Assembly (NCBI GenBank): GCA_052145435.1
Contig: JBKQOR010000125.1
Span: 2,872-66,871 of the forward strand
Direction of reading: 5' to 3'
From: Rhodomicrobium sp.
Lineage (GTDB): Bacteria; Pseudomonadota; Alphaproteobacteria; Rhizobiales; Rhodomicrobiaceae
DNA: 64,000 bases
Shown here: positions 63,499-64,000 of the stretch, piece after piece
Layout of the letters: each line of letters begins with the position of its first letter
Position numbering within the stretch: position 1 is the stretch's first letter
Notes under the pieces: model-generated
Seen by the model: the letters and a program-made list of their open reading frames with translations, nothing else
What the model was told of the DNA's origin: nothing
The model's database searches: none
Translations under genes and position numbers: made by a program

Positions 63499-64000
63499 TC
63501 AGTCGCCGAAAGTATCCGCCATCACAATAGTAACACCCGGAGGGTCGAGCACGATATCGCCCTCCCTCACGATCCGCGTGGGGATTATGCCGCCTTCGCC
63601 GCGGCTATGATGGATGACGTGCGGGCGTTTCAGGTCGACGATCAGGTAGTGCGCGATGGAGGGGATGCTGAAATAATCGGCGAGCTTGCCGGCTTTGTCG
63701 AGCCGCTCCGTGAATGGCGACAGAACTTCGACAACGATTATCGGGTCCGGCACAAGCAGAAGCGTGCCCGGAGCGCGCTCACCGCAGTAGACGGAAACGT
63801 CCGGGATGTAGCAGCTTTCATCGCCGAGGGCGACGCCGGGGCCGTCGATGACGGCCTCGCACGGCTTGCCGGCGGGTTTGATTGCAGCGGAAAGCGCATT
63901 GACGGTCGCGAGTTTCGCGCGCGCGTGTTGCAAATTGCCCGGTGTCATGGCGAAGACCTCGCCGCGCACCAGTTCGTATTTGCCCTCGCGGTGTTGCGCC
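63499..64000 (-). CDS. Second Uma2 family endonuclease, 5' end beyond the window edge
   Basis: The frame is open to the edge (KYELVRGEVFAM). YIPDVSV, VVEVLSPFTERLDKAGKLADY. Confidence 0.9.
   Translation of the reverse strand, partial: AQHREGKYELVRGEVFAMTPGNLQHARAKLATVNALSAAIKPAGKPCEAVIDGPGVALGDESCYIPDVSVYCGERAPGTLLLVPDPIIVVEVLSPFTERLDKAGKLADYFSIPSIAHYLIVDLKRPHVIHHSRGEGGIIPTRIVREGDIVLDPPGVTIVMADTFGD

Overview
A GC-rich alphaproteobacterial chromosome segment; the gene content suggests Hyphomicrobiales, possibly Rhodomicrobium-like, but that is inference. Left to right: (1) a secreted hypothetical gene cut by the window edge, an orphan FitA-like antitoxin with a truncated VapC remnant, a TPR protein and an FAH hydrolase; (2) a surface-polysaccharide cluster (methyltransferase, GT25, galE, rfbCBDA, three poorly characterised glycosyltransferase-like genes, OafA-type acyltransferase); (3) a large zeta-toxin-like P-loop protein, then an FNR/FixK-type box, a STAS/SEC14 gene and a complete N-ATPase operon atpDCQRBEFAG; (4) pccB, ohr, and tRNA-Leu(GAG) with a one-gene AT-rich islet; (5) a VOC protein, DUF934-cysI-DUF2849, iorAB-like molybdoenzyme genes, and tRNA-Val(CAC) with a Fic remnant; (6) purB, murI, a DmpA-like peptidase, the liv operon, a secreted Ntn hydrolase and a His-rich microprotein; (7) fadE-fadJ-fadI, ileS, PCuAC, ndk, rnd, aspS and two Uma2 genes. 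Several REP/MITE-like palindromic families are scattered throughout. No CRISPR array, rRNA, integrase or transposase was seen. The strongest leads are: a probably oxygen-regulated, proton-type N-ATPase whose first gene is translationally coupled to a STAS/SEC14 protein and preceded by an uncharacterised P-loop kinase; a codon-usage-shifted patch with an insertion inside aspS; and structured repeats showing compensatory base changes. All family assignments are by motif recognition; no database searches were run.
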